The notes: generated from the sequence alone by a model not told the origin. Counted from the stretch's first letter, positions 23,607-39,043 are shown. The stretch is DNA of 64,000 bases from Octopus bimaculoides (GCF_001194135.2 NC_068998.1:33204216-33268215); one strand, 5' to 3'. Made by a program: numbers and translations.

Positions 23607-26600
23607 TACATATACAGACAAACACACAAACACACAAACACAGATACATAAATACACACATATACATACATATAGAATAATTTATTCTGTCTAGAGATCT
23701 TGCTTCTAGCACTTCCTCAGGAAACAACTGCAGTGAACGGTGGGTCTCTGAAACAACTGGAGTACACTAAAGATACTCAGGTACCAATTAGTCATGTTAA
23801 CCTTGGTGACAAATTCTGTCTACCACTCCTATACCACCCTCAGCTGTTATTTTATCAACTCTGAAAGAATGAAAGGCAAAGTTAACCTTGGTAAGGTTTG
23901 AACTCAGAATGCCAAAGAAATACTGTTAAACATTGGACATCTTTTAAACAAAACAAATGTACCATTGGACACACTTTTGAATCACAAACCCCTTTTGTGG
24001 TAGAGGAGTTTTGAAGAGGACATACATTTCACAAGTTAGTGAAGGTTTAATCATATGTTGCAATATTAAATATAATGAAACTCCTGAGATATGGATAAGA
24101 ACCAATGTTGAAAGTGCTGGCTATTGTTGAGTACACACATCACTTACATTGTAGACTTCTACCAGAAACAGAAGAGGATGTTGAAGTGAGATTATGAGAT
24201 GATGATATGAGAACATACTTGTTGTTTTGATATCTATTGGATGACAAGCTATATGAAGAGGAAGATTGCAAGCTACATTGTGTTTCAGTGACTACTTCAC
24301 ATTGTCTTATTCAGTGTATGACATAGCTATATTAGAACATACACTATGTTATCATTATGAAAGTACCTAAATTAATTTATACAACCATCAACATTAATGT
24401 TTGATGCTATAAATTTCAAATTACCAAATTTGGAAATTCTATTAAGAACAAGTTTATTACAAATTCATTGTGAATTAATGCAGCTAAAATGTGGAATCAA
24501 TGACCATAAACATTTTGAAATACCTCTTATAAATCATTTATTACAACCAGTTATTCTGATATTTGAAAATATTTTGAACAAGTAAAGAAAGTTTGTTGAA
24601 GCAGATAACCAGAATTGGCATACTTTTGAAATTTCTAAAGAAATAAAAATGTTGTTATATTTTCCAAAACTTTGATAAAAAGTTGTTGAAGAGATTAAAC
24701 AATTTATAAAGGGTGAAATGTTTTCTTCTCATAAAATATGCTAAATACTGTTGTTGATAAATACCACATTAGATTTCTTTAAACATGATTACATAGTTGC
24801 TTAATTTTTACTAAATTAAAACATAGTTGTTGATCATTAACAAGCTAAAATGAATAAAGCAAATTTAATAAAAAATAATTGAACACTGCAGCCATTTCCA
24901 GAGGTAATTAAACAGTTTTATGTTTAGAAAATAACCTATTGATTAGTTCTTTGCTTTCCTAGTTACTAATTGTAGGGTGGTAAGAAACTCTCCCAAGAGT
25001 TTCTTACCACTTTACAAACAATCAATATTTGTCATAATTATTTCAAACTCCCCTAAAGGTGATAATATTAGTTTTTATACCATAAATTCTTCTTGATTAA
25101 AAAAAAATCAAGATTGACCTTCAATATTAATTGCTGGTCAAAAAAAGGGACACTTGAAAATAAACTGTTTACCTATACTATATTTAGATATATTTCAGCA
25201 ACCAGATTGTTGTGAACTGGTGATTACAGCTAGACATCTATTGATCATTTAGAAAAGATATGCTAGTGTTAAACTGAATAATATTAAAATAATTTTGACC
25301 TCTTTTATTGTTGAATTCTATAAAAATTAAATGTTGGTTTCCTACATAGGCAGAAGGTCTCACATTTAGGGGAAGAGAACTGACAAATATATCAATCATT
25401 GTGCTTGATTAGCATTTCAATTTATTGACCATTAAAGTGGGGAAAAGTAAATTTAACCCTATAAAATTTTTAACTCAGAACATATATCATAAAGTAGTTT
25501 GCCTGATGCACTAAAAGTTCTACCAATCCACTTCTGTTATTAAAATTAACTATTGAAAATTATATTGCAATGTGTTGATCTTTTTGTACTAATATACCAA
25601 AAAGGAAGTTGGACAAAAATAAAATGTTTTTAAACATAGAATTTTACACTAAAATAAGTTAAGAAAATGGTTTATGACATTGTTATTCTAAAGCTTTAGA
25701 GAAATATTTATTTTAGTGCTTGGATTTGCATATCTTTCTATGCAATGTTGATGGCATATTTATGTACTGCATTTCATTCAAATGGATATTGCTTCATGGA
25801 ATGAAAATCTGGGTTAAAACTTCATAAATATTCTTGAGCCATTTTAAATGAAATTGTTAATTTTCAACTTTGACATCAAATTATAAATTTGAAAGGAAAA
25901 CGATATCATCAATAAAACTATCTCTCCTAAATTACTGCAATATGGGAGGCCAGCTGAAAAGGAAGCCACCACTTTGTTGCTCAACAAACTACACTTTTCT
26001 CATAACAAAAGTCTATATGGTCATGGATTGAATGTCACTGGTCTTAGATTTACTCATTCAAGGTTAACTTGAAGAAATAAAAGGCACAGTTAACACCAAA
26101 AGCATTTGCATTCAATTTAGTCTAAATATGAAGATGAGATCGTCCCAACTGTAATGCTTTGATGATAGATCTGCTCAGTCACTTCTGGAACTTTTGCATC
26201 AAACTCTTCATAAAACAGAAGAGGGAATAGTTAATATATTTAGCAAATTTTGTTGATTCTGTCAAAATATTACTTTCTTCTTTATAATTTCCAATTAGTA
26301 CAATTTCTGTATAATCACTAGAATACAAAGAAACTAATTACAGTCAGTATTTGTCAAGAAATAAATATAATAAAAAAGCAAAATGTGAAACTTTTTTTCT
26401 CTTCAAGTTAAAGTTTTCTGCAACTTGTAAGCCAAAACATTTTAAAATTTTGTTTTTTACTGAAGGGAAATTTGTATTTTTAATTTTTTGTCTGTTTTCT
26501 AAGTGAGAACTATTGTGTTGTTGATTCTGCTTCTTTTCATAACTTTAAAATATTTTCTTTTCTCTTTCATATTTTGTTGATCAATGAATAGGTGAGTCCC

Positions 26601-29600
26601 TTAACTTCCTTCAATGTTGTTTATCTATTTGCTTATCCATTCATATATTATATTTATCATTATATGAATCTACACACACACACATACACATGCACACACA
26701 CACACACACACACACATATAACTCCTCCAAAATTGGTAAGATCAACGTGGTTTGATGTTTCTCTCAAAGAGCTTGAAACAAGATGTGTAATGTGCATACA
26801 TGGTCTACATTGCAGGAACCCATCCTGAATAGATGCAATATTAGTTACATGCAAATATCCTGTTAATAATGAGTGGAAAATGCATGGAAGAACAGAAGTA
26901 AAATAAACAAAATCAAATTTTTACATGTTTTTCAACTGGTAAGCAGCAGCAAAAAATACATCTGTGCTTCTTTGAAAAAAAAAAAAAAAAAAAAAAATAC
27001 CACTGAAAACTATTTACTAAAAAACAGTTTTTTATGCATTTGATATATGTCTGCTTATATTTTTTTCTTGTGATATATATTTCAGATATTCTACTATACT
27101 AGCAGAATCAATGAATCAAAATGACTTAAGGATAAACATGTTTCAAATCTACATTTAAACCACGTTTTCAGATAAATGTAAAAATAAAATAGGTCTATGT
27201 TTTCCAAAGAAGAATTAACTGTAATCTTTGCTTAAAAAGAAACTTTAAGAAAAAATTAACTTAAAAAAATCATTTAAAAACAAGACTAGTTTTATTTGTA
27301 TTTTGTCCCTAGATACTGCTGTCACAAAAATAAGTAATCCCTTCACTACACAATTGATGTCTGTTTGCATTGATTTGTTTCATGTAAGAAAAATAACTTT
27401 AGATAAAAAAAAAATGAAATTAAAAAGGTGAAATGAAATATAAATGTTTTTCTTGTATTGAAAACATAACAGTAATAAATAGAAAATAAATGATTCTAAA
27501 ATAACTTATCTAGTGCAATGTAAATTTTAAGGAAGCATGAATGATTGTTGAAAGCAAAAAGTTGACATTCTTCAATGCCAACAGTTAAGTTGTTTTATAG
27601 GCACATAATTTTTGATTCATATAGTTCAGCAATTCTCAACCTTTTACCATCATGACCCATTTTGGCAAATCAATAATTCTACGTCACTCTTATCTTAATA
27701 CCTAAATAAAATGAGTTTTCCAAAAATATATATTTCAATGGTCTGTACTTAATATTTAATGCTCCTCTAGGGGAAAATATTCCTCAGATTTTGTATGCAG
27801 TAAATGTTGTGTTGTAGTCCTTCTGTACATTTATGCATAAAGGCTACATGTTATGTGTCATATAACATATATGTCTTTGTTAATAATGCCTTTCAGAATT
27901 ACCCAATATTAGAGCAGCTAAAATAGGATTAAGTGATAAGACAAGAGAAGAGTCATGACTGGAAACCTATAATCTCAATAGTGGTAACTGAGTAGACTCT
28001 GCTAACAGCTTTCAAGAGGCTCAGAGAGGTGTTAAACTGAGCAATGAATCTACCAATAAGGATATCTGAATGCTGGTAACTCAGTAGATTAAGCTAAAAG
28101 TGTGAAAAAACTCACAGTGGAGTTAAATTGAGTAACAAAACTCTATTATTAAGAATATTTCAAGTTGGCTAAGAAGAGTCCTCTAAAAGTTCTCAACGGT
28201 TACATGATAGTGTTTATTTGATGACCAGCTTTATCTTCCAGGAAAAAAAAAGGCACAGTCAATCTAATGAAATTCTACACATTTCTTGTCTCATTAATTT
28301 TGTTCACAAGGCTTAGGTGATCTGAATCCATAGTAGAAGACATTTCTCTAATGTTCAGCAAAGTGGGATCAAAAACTTTACATGTGATTGCCAAATCTGT
28401 ATCTATAAATCTAGGGACATATTATAGGAAATACATAATCATAAATGTTGCTTGACATTTCCATTTAACTCATTTAAACAGAAGTAGTTTTCCTCATCAG
28501 TTGTTATGTTTATGTGGTTGCTCAACCTGTTAGAGATAGCAGCAAAATCTTACTCAATTTACTTCCTCCCCAACCATCCTAAAAAGGAAGTATACAGAGA
28601 ATTTTGTAGTCATGTATATACTATGCCTGATCAATGAACACATGGTGATCATGGTTTTAATCATTGGTCTGCTTGATTAGAGTCAACTGAGAGCTAAACA
28701 ACAATAATAATAATAACTACAACCACAGTTTCTTTCCTGTTCTATTTCCAAAGACTCCACATTATTATAAAAATTTATATCCATGAATACCATATTGTAC
28801 TGTCTCCATAAATACTGCAAAACTTATATTGCCTTAAATGAAAGAGTCATGAAATAAAGAGAACATTGAAACACTGGAACTCATCTCTCTATATTTCATC
28901 TTTTAAAAGATAAGCAACAATCATGTAATGGTGTCAATTTAGTTATACCTCAGCTATACAAACTTGTGGCCTCACACTCATGTAGGTATGTGTTAATTCT
29001 TAGTTTCTTTTTTTTTAACAGCAGCACAGAATTTTATCAGCGGACAGGTTGCAGTTTCAAAGTGATGGCAAATTAAATTTAAATGTTGAAGTGAATCTAA
29101 TGGTTTGGGTGTGTTTTTAAATGGCTTATAAACACTTTCCATGCTACAATTGTTTTCGTTTCAGCACATGATCTCAGATCAGGTCACTTGCTATGCAAGG
29201 ACATCTCTGTAATTCTTTTTTTTAGTTCTTACTTAACTTGGGGTAAAAAACTTAGAGTGAAAGGTGAGCTTTCTTTCCTAGTTGAAGTGAATTCACTTTA
29301 CTTACATAGCTACTACCTCTAAAAATATCATAAATATTACTCTATTGTATTTCTCTTGTGAAATAAATTACTGATCTTATGCCTTTTGAAGAAATTAATA
29401 TGTCTTTAATTCTTCAGCTAGATTTATTATTTTTATATTTTATATAAATTTTATTGACCATTCAAATGGCTTATCATATTCAAAGTCAGTCAAGACTTTG
29501 AAAGCTTTGGACATTGATAGAAAAATATCAGTAGATATGTTTGTGTGTAAATGGCATTTGTGAGTGCATGTATGTTTGTATGTGTGTATCTATGAGAGTA

Positions 29601-30469
29601 CATGTGTGTATGTGTGTATGTAAGTGAGTGCATGTGTGTTAAGTATTTAGGTCTGTTCTGTGCCAGTATATCTTTTTACAAATTGTTACTGACATTGTTC
29701 AGCTACCCCATTTGCCAGCACAGAATATATTTATGGTACAGTACTGCTGATCAAACTAAATATTTGATTGACATTTTGAGCTAAGACCATTGCATTAACC
29801 TTGTGGAATATATGATTGATATACAAAACAATATTTGACCACAATGGCCACAAACCAGTGGCTGTAGCCAGTAAAACTATATATAACAACTATTTTAAAG
29901 ACTGTAGTGAATCTGTTGAAGGAGATGTGGTTGTAGCATTGCACAGGTGGATCAGTTCCATCTTCTTTACCCTTCAGTCAGTAAATGCAGGGGAATGATC
30001 AAAATGAAGAAATACGCTCAAATTGCTTTATATATTTTAGTATGATGCATAAGATGAACAAAGGCAGATAATTTTGGCTGCATATATTCTGTGCAGTGAG
30101 AAGTGAGTGACGTAAAAGGCAGAAAATGACAAAAGCCTTTCATCCTCAGCAACGTAGAAGTGGCAGTAGGATAGCAACTGCGGCTTGGTGGGAATATCGG
30201 CTGGGCACAATAGAACTACTCTAATCAACTGGTGTTAGCAGAACAAAATGGCATTTAATAAACAAGGATAATTTTCCTCCAACAATAGTATAAGTCACTG
30301 TGGAACAGACCACAAAACTATAAAATTACCTGTTGAGATGCTCTCTTATGTAAAAACCATACATTGTTGTTGATCTAGTACAGTGAAAAAGCAGAGAAAT
30401 TTTTTTCTGGACAAAGTTTAAGTGAACACAGCAAGAGGAAAAGTGAGAAAATAGAATGCTGGATTAATT

Positions 30470-30703
30470 ATCTTTATCTGTTATCTTTCACTTGTTTCAG
30501 TCATTGGACTGTGCTTATACTGGGGCACACCCTTGAAGGGTTTTAGTATGATACTTACTCTATCTGTCTCTTTAACTGAACTACTAAGTTAAGGGGACCT
30601 AAACAAGCTAACACTAGTTATCAAGCAACAGGAGGAGAAAAGCACAAACATACATTCGAGCATACATACATACATTCATTCATACATACATACATACATA
30701 CAT

Positions 30704-30738
<35 letters not shown>

Positions 30739-30790
30739 TACATACATACATACATACATACATACATACATACATACATGTGTGCATGTG
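30470..30790 (-). mobile_element. Decayed 3' module of composite SINE plus (TACA)n/(TG)n microsatellite
   Basis: TTTCACTTGTTTCAGTCATTGGACTGTG..ATACTGGGGCAC homologous to the 3' module of 7829-8220. Confidence 0.6.
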
Positions 30791-31080
30791 TGTGTGTGTG
30801 TGTGTGTGTAGTAAAATAAAAAACAAAATGCACTGAAATATTTATACTGAAAAATATATTTACGAAATATATTTACAAAGTTGATCAGTTTCGCCTGTTT
30901 AGCTAATCATAGTGAACAATTAGTGATGTTATAATAGCATATCAAACTGTGTAGTCATGACTATCCAAACAAGTGAAACCAGTTGACTTTGTAAATATTA
31001 CTTCATAAACATATTTTTTTTAAATAAATATTGTAGTGAATTTTCCTTTTTAATTTTACTATAGTTCACCATGTAGATGC

Positions 31081-32540
31081 TTATTATTGTGTCACATCTT
31101 CAGAGAATACTTTATTGTCTTCTCCCCATATATAGTGTTCCACACTATTCTTTCTATAAACATTGTTTTTCTGTTTTCTCTCTGTAAATCATGCCTATCT
31201 GCTTAGTCTCTCAATTGTCTGCATCAATGTGACCATTTGCCTCCAATATATTACTTCACACTGCTATCTTTTGATCATACTTATAGATAATGCCTCACTT
31301 CCCTGCCTTTTTAAGAATTTGATGGGCTGCTCAATTTCTGTCTACTAAATTTACTCACAAGGCATTGATCAGATCAGTGCTACAGTGGAAGACACTTGCT
31401 CAAGGTGCTATGCAATGAGGCAGAGCCTAAAACCATGTGATTGGGAAGCAAGCTTCTAACCACACTGCCATGATAGCACCTTTTGTGTACAGAACAACTA
31501 GGTGAATGGTCTACAGTTTACATTCTGTTTCAAGCACCATGGCATCTCTGTGACTGAGACATTTAACTTTCTTAGTTCTGTCTAAATATAAAGACATGTA
31601 TTGTTCTCTATAAGTAATGACAGAACTGTAGCTCATTGGTTTGTTCAGTGAGGCAATATCTATAGGCATGATCAAATGACGGCAGTGTGAGGTAATATAA
31701 TGGAGGCAAATGATCACATTGATGCAGATAATTGAAAGACTGGACAGATAGGTATGATTTGTATGTCTTTTGCTACCAAATGGTCATTCAGTATTCTATC
31801 CGAGGAAGGATTTCTCTCTTAGTTGATAAATGCTACATAAACCAAAATTAAGTGCCAGCTGCAAGAATTTTAGTATTCCTGAAAGAATCAGCCAGTGGTA
31901 TGCCATCATGGTCACAACCTTAGGGCTGAAACATATAAAAGAATAAAAGACTATGAGATCCTTGTAAATCTCTCCCTCATTCTATTCTCACTCACACCAA
32001 GCATGTTCTAATTTATACTTGTGAACAGTTATTTTCATACTTTTTATGATTTTGTCATCCAGACTTGAATTCATTTCAAAATATTAGTACAGTAATCTGA
32101 TAAACAAATTAACAAAACAGGCATGTTAGTAAACAAGGATTAAACCTAATGCCCAAAGATTTAAGTGAGTCTTAATTCATGAATCAACTAAAACATCTTC
32201 TGAGTAGTTATGTGTTTAGTTTGCTTGGAAATGAAATGTTAATTTACTTTTAGACATATTCTGCTGATATGACTTAATTTTTTCTATCTCTATAGAGGTT
32301 TACTATTGTATTGCACCCTCAGAGAATACTTTATTATCCTCTTTCCATATACAGTGCTTCACTATCTTCTTTCTATCAACATTGTTTTCTGTTTTCTTTC
32401 TGTAAGTCATACCTGTCTGTCCAGTCTCTCAATTGTCTGCGTTGATGTGATCATTTGCCTCCAATATATTGCTTTACTCTGCTGTCCTTTGATCATACCT
32501 ATAGGTATTGCCTCACTCTCCTGCCTTTTTAAGAGTTTGA
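31081..32540. repeat. Three copies of an unclassified about 240-nt repeat (two direct, one inverted partial)
   Basis: 31081-31322 (+) and 32300-32540 (+) align at roughly 80%; 31647-31763 is the reverse complement of their 3' part. Confidence 0.8.
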
Positions 32541-35489
32541 TTTTACCATCATGAAGCCACAACTATTGGATAACCAATTACATGGCTAATTGTCTTCAAT
32601 TTTCACTTTCAAATATTGTATACAATTATATACAATATTTTACATGATTTAGCTTTAAAACATTATTGATGTGGTAATGTCGATTCAGCCTAAGGGTTTT
32701 CAAAGCTGCATTAATGTAAACACCTTATCAAAAGCAGGAAATTATTTCAACTCATTTTGTAAATGAAATTGAAATGTGATTTTCTTAGATCATTTTATAT
32801 TCATGAGTTTTCTTGTTTCTGAGAAAATTAGGTACAAACAATGATTTTCTTTAACAATTTTAAGAATATAATATCCAATGATTCTTCAGTAGAAGAATAT
32901 AGATCCATTCACTAGATATTGTCATAGAAATACAGGGATTTTTTCATATATATAATAATGAGAGTGGCAATGGCATTGCTAGTTAATGCTATCATGCATC
33001 ATTTAGTAATTTATTGTGAGTTAAGAAGTGACAGTACCATTAAATTTAAGAGTCATTTGCTGCTCAGATCTTATACTTATAAATTTGTGAGAAAGAAAAT
33101 AATTCACGGACGCAATATTTTCTTTTTCTTTGTTTTGCAAGGAATGCAAAGAAAATTGCCTCTTCTCTTATTTTAAAACTGTTGATAAGATTGGACTACT
33201 GATAATTAGATTTGTACTACCCACAACCCTCCAAATGATATAAGCTAGAATGTCATTATTTTAGATTGTGTACATGATTTCTGGAGGAGAAAAAGAAATT
33301 AAGCTCAATTCTTGTTGTACCACTTTCTTTCATTCGCAATTTAAACACAGACAAACTTCTAGTACCATTCAGTCACTGATACTTACGTTACTGATTGTGG
33401 TCTGAGTAAACAAGCAAATTAACTTTGATTGACTACATAATGTTCCTTGAGCAAATGAAGATATTTTCTAAAGACTTTTATTGATCAGTTGTTTGTATTA
33501 TGGCCTCAGATTTTTGTGCTTAAACATATGACATCAACTAAAAGAAGCTATATTGAACTATATATCATAACTGTCGGCTTTATCTCACAATATTTGAATA
33601 TCTAAAAACTTTTTCCAGTATGGGAATATAACTGATATTATGTATTGCCTGGTGTTTATCTTAATGAATGAGATTCATACATTTCTAGTGACTGATGCCA
33701 AATGTTCTGTTGTACATTTTTTTACCTGAGTATTTAAATGAGCCCATGTCTTGTGACAATAATGAAGCTAGTTATAGTAATAAGATGTCAGGTAGCTTAT
33801 CAAAATGATTTTAATTCATATCTTAAAGTGGCTAGCTCAGAAAAATGTAACTTCACTATGATCAAAAGTGTTCCAGTCCTGGCCATCCTGTCTTTTATTT
33901 TATTCTGGTGTAATATATTTATGACTGCATTATCTGGTATCCTTACTAATTAATGCTGGTAGTATGCAATTTAAAGGAAGTTTAACTGCTATTTCTAGAA
34001 GGTAGACTGACTACATAGGTGCTCCCTCAGAAGTGGGACAATACAGGGAGGAGGTATTTGATTATTAGCTTATATTTCTGTAAGTTTAAATCAGCTGCAA
34101 TTATTTCATTTGCTATATTTTAGCTGTCACAAATGGCTAACATATCTTTTGGAAAATTTCCCTGCAAAAGACAATTGTCCCTATGGGATTTTTTGTGTTT
34201 TGTATTGTTAACAATACTGAAATCTAATTTACATGATCCTTCTGTAGACTGCAAATGCTTAAGAGTAAAACATTTGTTTTTGGATTTTAAACTTAATGAG
34301 TCGAGTGTCAAACAAATTTTGTCTAATTTTTTTGTCTATGATTTTATTACTTAACAAAGCATTGTATATATATGAATTAATTCTTATAAAAACAATTCTG
34401 AGAATGTAACTACTGAAAAATGTGTGTAGGTCTAACAGCTAAAGGGTTCTGATTTTGACCTAGTTGGGTTTCATCCATGTAAGCTTCTCAAGGCTGACAA
34501 TTTAAATTATCTTTGAGAGCAATGTTTATGCATATTCACATTGATTATAGGATTTATAAAGAAGGGAAACCAGACTACATCATAAAATTAAGGTAAAGTT
34601 TGATTTCATATTCAGAAAATTGACACATGTCAAAATAAAGTTTGTTCATCAAATTGATTGCAAGCTTGACTAGTATTAAATTATCAATTTTATCTATTCT
34701 GCCAAGAATGATATCTATTTTAGTCTTATATTTTAGATAAATTTTCTTTATAATTAAAGATATCCAAATTTTTCTGCTGATTTTTCTTCATTTAATTTCT
34801 CCCCATATCTTTATAAAATCTTAAGGTTGAGGCAAGATTATCAAATGCACCAAAATTACCATTGCTTTAAATTAATTGAAATTAATTTCTAACATTGCAA
34901 CCATTGACTTTTTCTCTCCAAAAAGGTTTCTCAACCCAATATTTATGTTATTATTTATAGCTTTATATGTGTACTTCAAGATTTTCCAGAAAGGAATTAA
35001 TTTATATTAATTATGTTACTTAAATGCTTCTTGCTAATGAAACAGCTGTTGATAGTAGGGAGCTACTACTGCTGCTGGCAACAAATGTCTCATCCCACTG
35101 TTGTATCGCCAATTCTTATGATGATACTTTTTTACGCTACAACCATGTAGTAACAATAAAGTATATAACGAAGCAGGGTAACAACCATGTAACAATCCAT
35201 CAAACTCTCCATGAACTATACACAAACCAACAAACAATATTCTGACAAACTACCAAAACGACACCTTACAACTTCCTGCAATTAATGCCTACTCGTTCCA
35301 TATCTCACTCAGACCACTGCTACTTATAGTTGTTCAGTCAGTCCATTCTCACAGGAGATATCATGATTCTTGCCACAGCACCCACAGAATGAAAGGCAGA
35401 TTATATGCAGCATGGTAGTGAGACATGGGCAGTGGACGTTAGAAAACTATAAAGGAATGAAGTTAACATTTAGCATAATTGTACAAATG

Positions 35490-35960
35490 TACTGAGAGAA
35501 AGACTGGACATAAGATAAATTAGATGTAGTGTGTAAGAAAGAAAACTGTGCTGGTACAGACATGTAATGCATATCAATGATGACAGCTGAATAAAGGAGT
35601 GATGATCATTAAACATGGCTGCAGTTTGTAGAAAAGGAAGACCTAGGAGAACATGGGATGAAGCAGTGATGGCTGATCTCATGACCCTGAGCCTCATAGA
35701 GAAAATAACAAAGACTAGGACATATGGGAACATGAGGTTCTCATGAAAACCCACCTATCATCTTAAAACTGACTTCTGCAAGCATTGCATGGGTATGGTA
35801 CCTATGTGAGTAGAAGAGACCATTCAGAAGACCTCTAATCAGGTGGGAAGATGAATTAAGAACGATGTTTGAGACAACGTAGGGAAGAATGATGAGAGCA
35901 TAAGGGGAATGGAGCAAATGCTGAGCCCAGTGGAGCTGACTTGGTACCAGACAGCCTGAC
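35490..35960 (+). mobile_element. Old RTE C-terminal remnants
   Basis: LRERLDIR..; RKGRPRRTWDEAVMADLMTLSL; second fragment RRPLIRWEDELR. Confidence 0.6.
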
Positions 35961-35975
35961 CAATCCAGATGATCC

Positions 35976-36008
<33 letters not shown>

Positions 36009-36849
36009 TGAGCACCCCAATCTATCATCCCACTGTCATATTGAACTCCCTCCCTCTCACAGCATATTTTCCACTGCAACGCTTTGCCCCACCATTTCAA
36101 TACCACTTAACACTCTTGCTGCCCAGAGCCATCTCGTTTGTTAGCCATTCTTCATCAATTAATATTGTGTCTACTCACCTCCTCAAGAACACCACATTAT
36201 CTCTCCTCATGCATTACACTGTTTTATCTCTCTACTTGACTCCTGCAGCCTCTGCAAATATGTAATCTATCTTCTCCCCATATATCAGGGGTATTATTAC
36301 TACTCTAAACTTACTCAAAATATCATCTCTCTTCCCCGTACCACCTGCTGTCAACAGTGTCATTACTACCCTACTACTAGCATCCCTGTAGCCTCCCCAA
36401 CTCGTGCAAGCCATCCCTTCAACTCTTCCCCATTCTTCACAGATATTACCTACCTCTCTCTCCCTTATGTCTGCCCATACACACTTTTGCATACACCTCA
36501 CTCCCTACTGCTCCTATTACCTGAGGTGCTACCAGGACAACTGCAGTCTATCTCTTTGGAAATACTTCTAATTCATTCTCAATCTCTCTCCTAAATATGA
36601 GTAACCATGTAGATCCTCTACACTTGGAACCTCTTCTACCCCAATCTCTTCCCTCATACATTAAACCCATCTTATATATGGATGTAGAATCCCTGGGTTT
36701 GTTGACTTGTGAGCTACTTGATGACCTCAATAATGTAAGTGGCACAAAAAAGCACCCAGTACATACTGTAAAATGCTTGAATTTAGGAAGGGATTCCACT
36801 TGTGGAAACCATACCAAATCAGATACCGGAGCATGTTGAAGTCAAGAGA

Positions 36850-38540
36850 TTAAGAACCTTTTCAAGTTGGAAGGCCACATTAAGCTAGTTGTAATCTAAT
36901 AAGGCAACATTCATGAAATTTCAATTAAATAGTCTTCAAAATCTACATTATTTTGCAAAAATCTAACTACTGTATATTAATTAACACAAATTTTTTTTTT
37001 AAAAATTGTCCATTCTAAAGTTAGCTAACCTTTATGGACTTTGTTGTGACTGCTTTTTGTAAGAGGGTATTTGAATATTTAGCTGCTCCATGGAGGTCTG
37101 CAGTTTCAGATCCTCTAGATGGGTGTCCATCATTTGTGACCTTAAGAGCATTTTGCTTTTGGTTAGGTAGGAGAATGTAGATTCACAGCAATAAGTGGTT
37201 GAAAAGAAGGATAGCATTTTTTGTGCATGTTGCTGAAGGCATGGGTATTCTATTGCATTTTTCCATATTTCAATCGGATTTTTCTTAGTGTCAAATAAGG
37301 TCTTTAAAATGTCCTCTTCTGAGAGGTCAATCAATTCCATCTGTAGTTCTTTAGAACCTAATCTAAGTGTGATGCCATGATTCTCAAAGTCAGTGAACCT
37401 TTTATTGTATTTGCCAGACTATAACAGCTGTGTAGTCTTCAAATAATTTGCATGAATCTTCTTGTTCATCAATGACCTTTGCTAACTGGAGAAAATGTTT
37501 ATCTGGCATTTTTTTTTAAGAGTTCTGAAAAAAGATAGCTTGTTTTGAAATGCTTGGTTTTTTGCCACATATCATATATAGACTTAATTTTAACTTGCAA
37601 AGAATTATTCAAGTCATTTTGCTTTGACACAATATCACACAGAAATGTAGCATTTCTATTCTGTTTTTTATAAAATTTAATTATCTGTTTCTGCAAAGAT
37701 AAAAGTTTTGCTAACATCTGTACCTGTGATAGCCAATGCATTTTAGAATAATATGGTAAATCCACACTGAATATCTCATTGTTCAACTTTAGCATGTAGC
37801 GAAACTGACGATGCCATGTTGCATTTGCATGAATATAGTTAACAATACTTGTACATTGTTGCAAAGTGTCACCTAAAATAGTAGATTAAGCACAGCGATT
37901 TTACTGATGTAAGAGACAATGAAAAGAAATGAGACCATGTGTATCTGATAATCCTTTTTCGACACGTGCAATAAACCTTCATGTTTTCCTGTGATGGAAG
38001 GTGCACTGTCTCTACATAAACTCACTAAATTGACCAAATTCAGTCCAACCTCATGACACTCATCTTAAACGTTTATGAAGATATCTATTCCTTGTGTTCT
38101 ACCCTAAGAGTGTGCAAAGCCACTAACTCTTCATAGCAAATAAAATCTTCTGTTATGGCCTGAATGAAGTATAAAACCTGTTCCAAGCCAGTACTATCGG
38201 TTCAAGTCATCCAAAGTGATTGAAAAAATACATCTTCCTTTTGGAAAATGAAGTTATTCTGTTACGTTGAGGACTAACTCATGCTGTTTGCACTTTGAAA
38301 GTTTATTAGGATCTAAGTATCTTACAACTTTGGCAACACATTCTTTTACAATTTCCACATTGTTGAATGGCTTCCCTTTTTTCCCAAATGTATAAGCTAC
38401 TTTATAATTTGTCTTGGCATTATTTTGGGGCCTTGCCATTACTTGCAATAACTGTCTTTGTTTTTGCTTTCCATCTTTTACTTTCTGCATTGCAACCTCT
38501 CTGCTGCTCGGAGACGAACAAATGAATTATCAAGCCAGCC
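36850..38540 (-). mobile_element. hAT (SPIN/Charlie, GTF2IRD2-like) transposase relic
   Basis: Fragments GKKGKPFNNVEIVKEC, IVNYIHANATWHRQFRYML..DLPYYSKMHWLS, EYPCLQQHAQKMLSFFSTTYCCESTFS (hAT dimerisation domain), in order on the minus strand. Confidence 0.8.
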
Positions 38541-38685
38541 ACTGTAGGAATAGCCAGTCAAAAAAAAAAAAGAAAACATGTGCATGTAAGTATGTGTGTG
38601 TGTGTGTGTGCGTGTGTGCCCCCCCACCTTATTGTCATTTATATGTGTGTGTATGTGCATGTTGATATATGTGTGCTTGTATGTA

Positions 38686-38724
<39 letters not shown>

Positions 38725-39043
38725 NNNNNNNNNNNNNNNNNNNNNNNNNNNNNNNNNNNNNNNNNNNNNNNNNNNNNNNNNNNNNNNNNNNNNNNNNNNN
38801 NNNNNNNNNNNNNNNNNNNNNNNNNNNNNNNNNNNNNNNNNNNNNNNNNNNNNNNNNNNNNNNNNNNNNNNNNNNNNNNNNNNNNNNNNNNNNNNNNNNN
38901 NNNNNNNNNNNNNNNNNNNNNNNNNNNNNNNNNNNNNNNNNNNNNNNNNNNNNNNNNNNNNNNNNNNNNNNNNNNNNNNNNNNNNNNNNNNNNNNNNNNN
39001 NNNNNNNNNNNNNNNNNNNNNNNNNNNNNNNNNNNNNNNNNNN

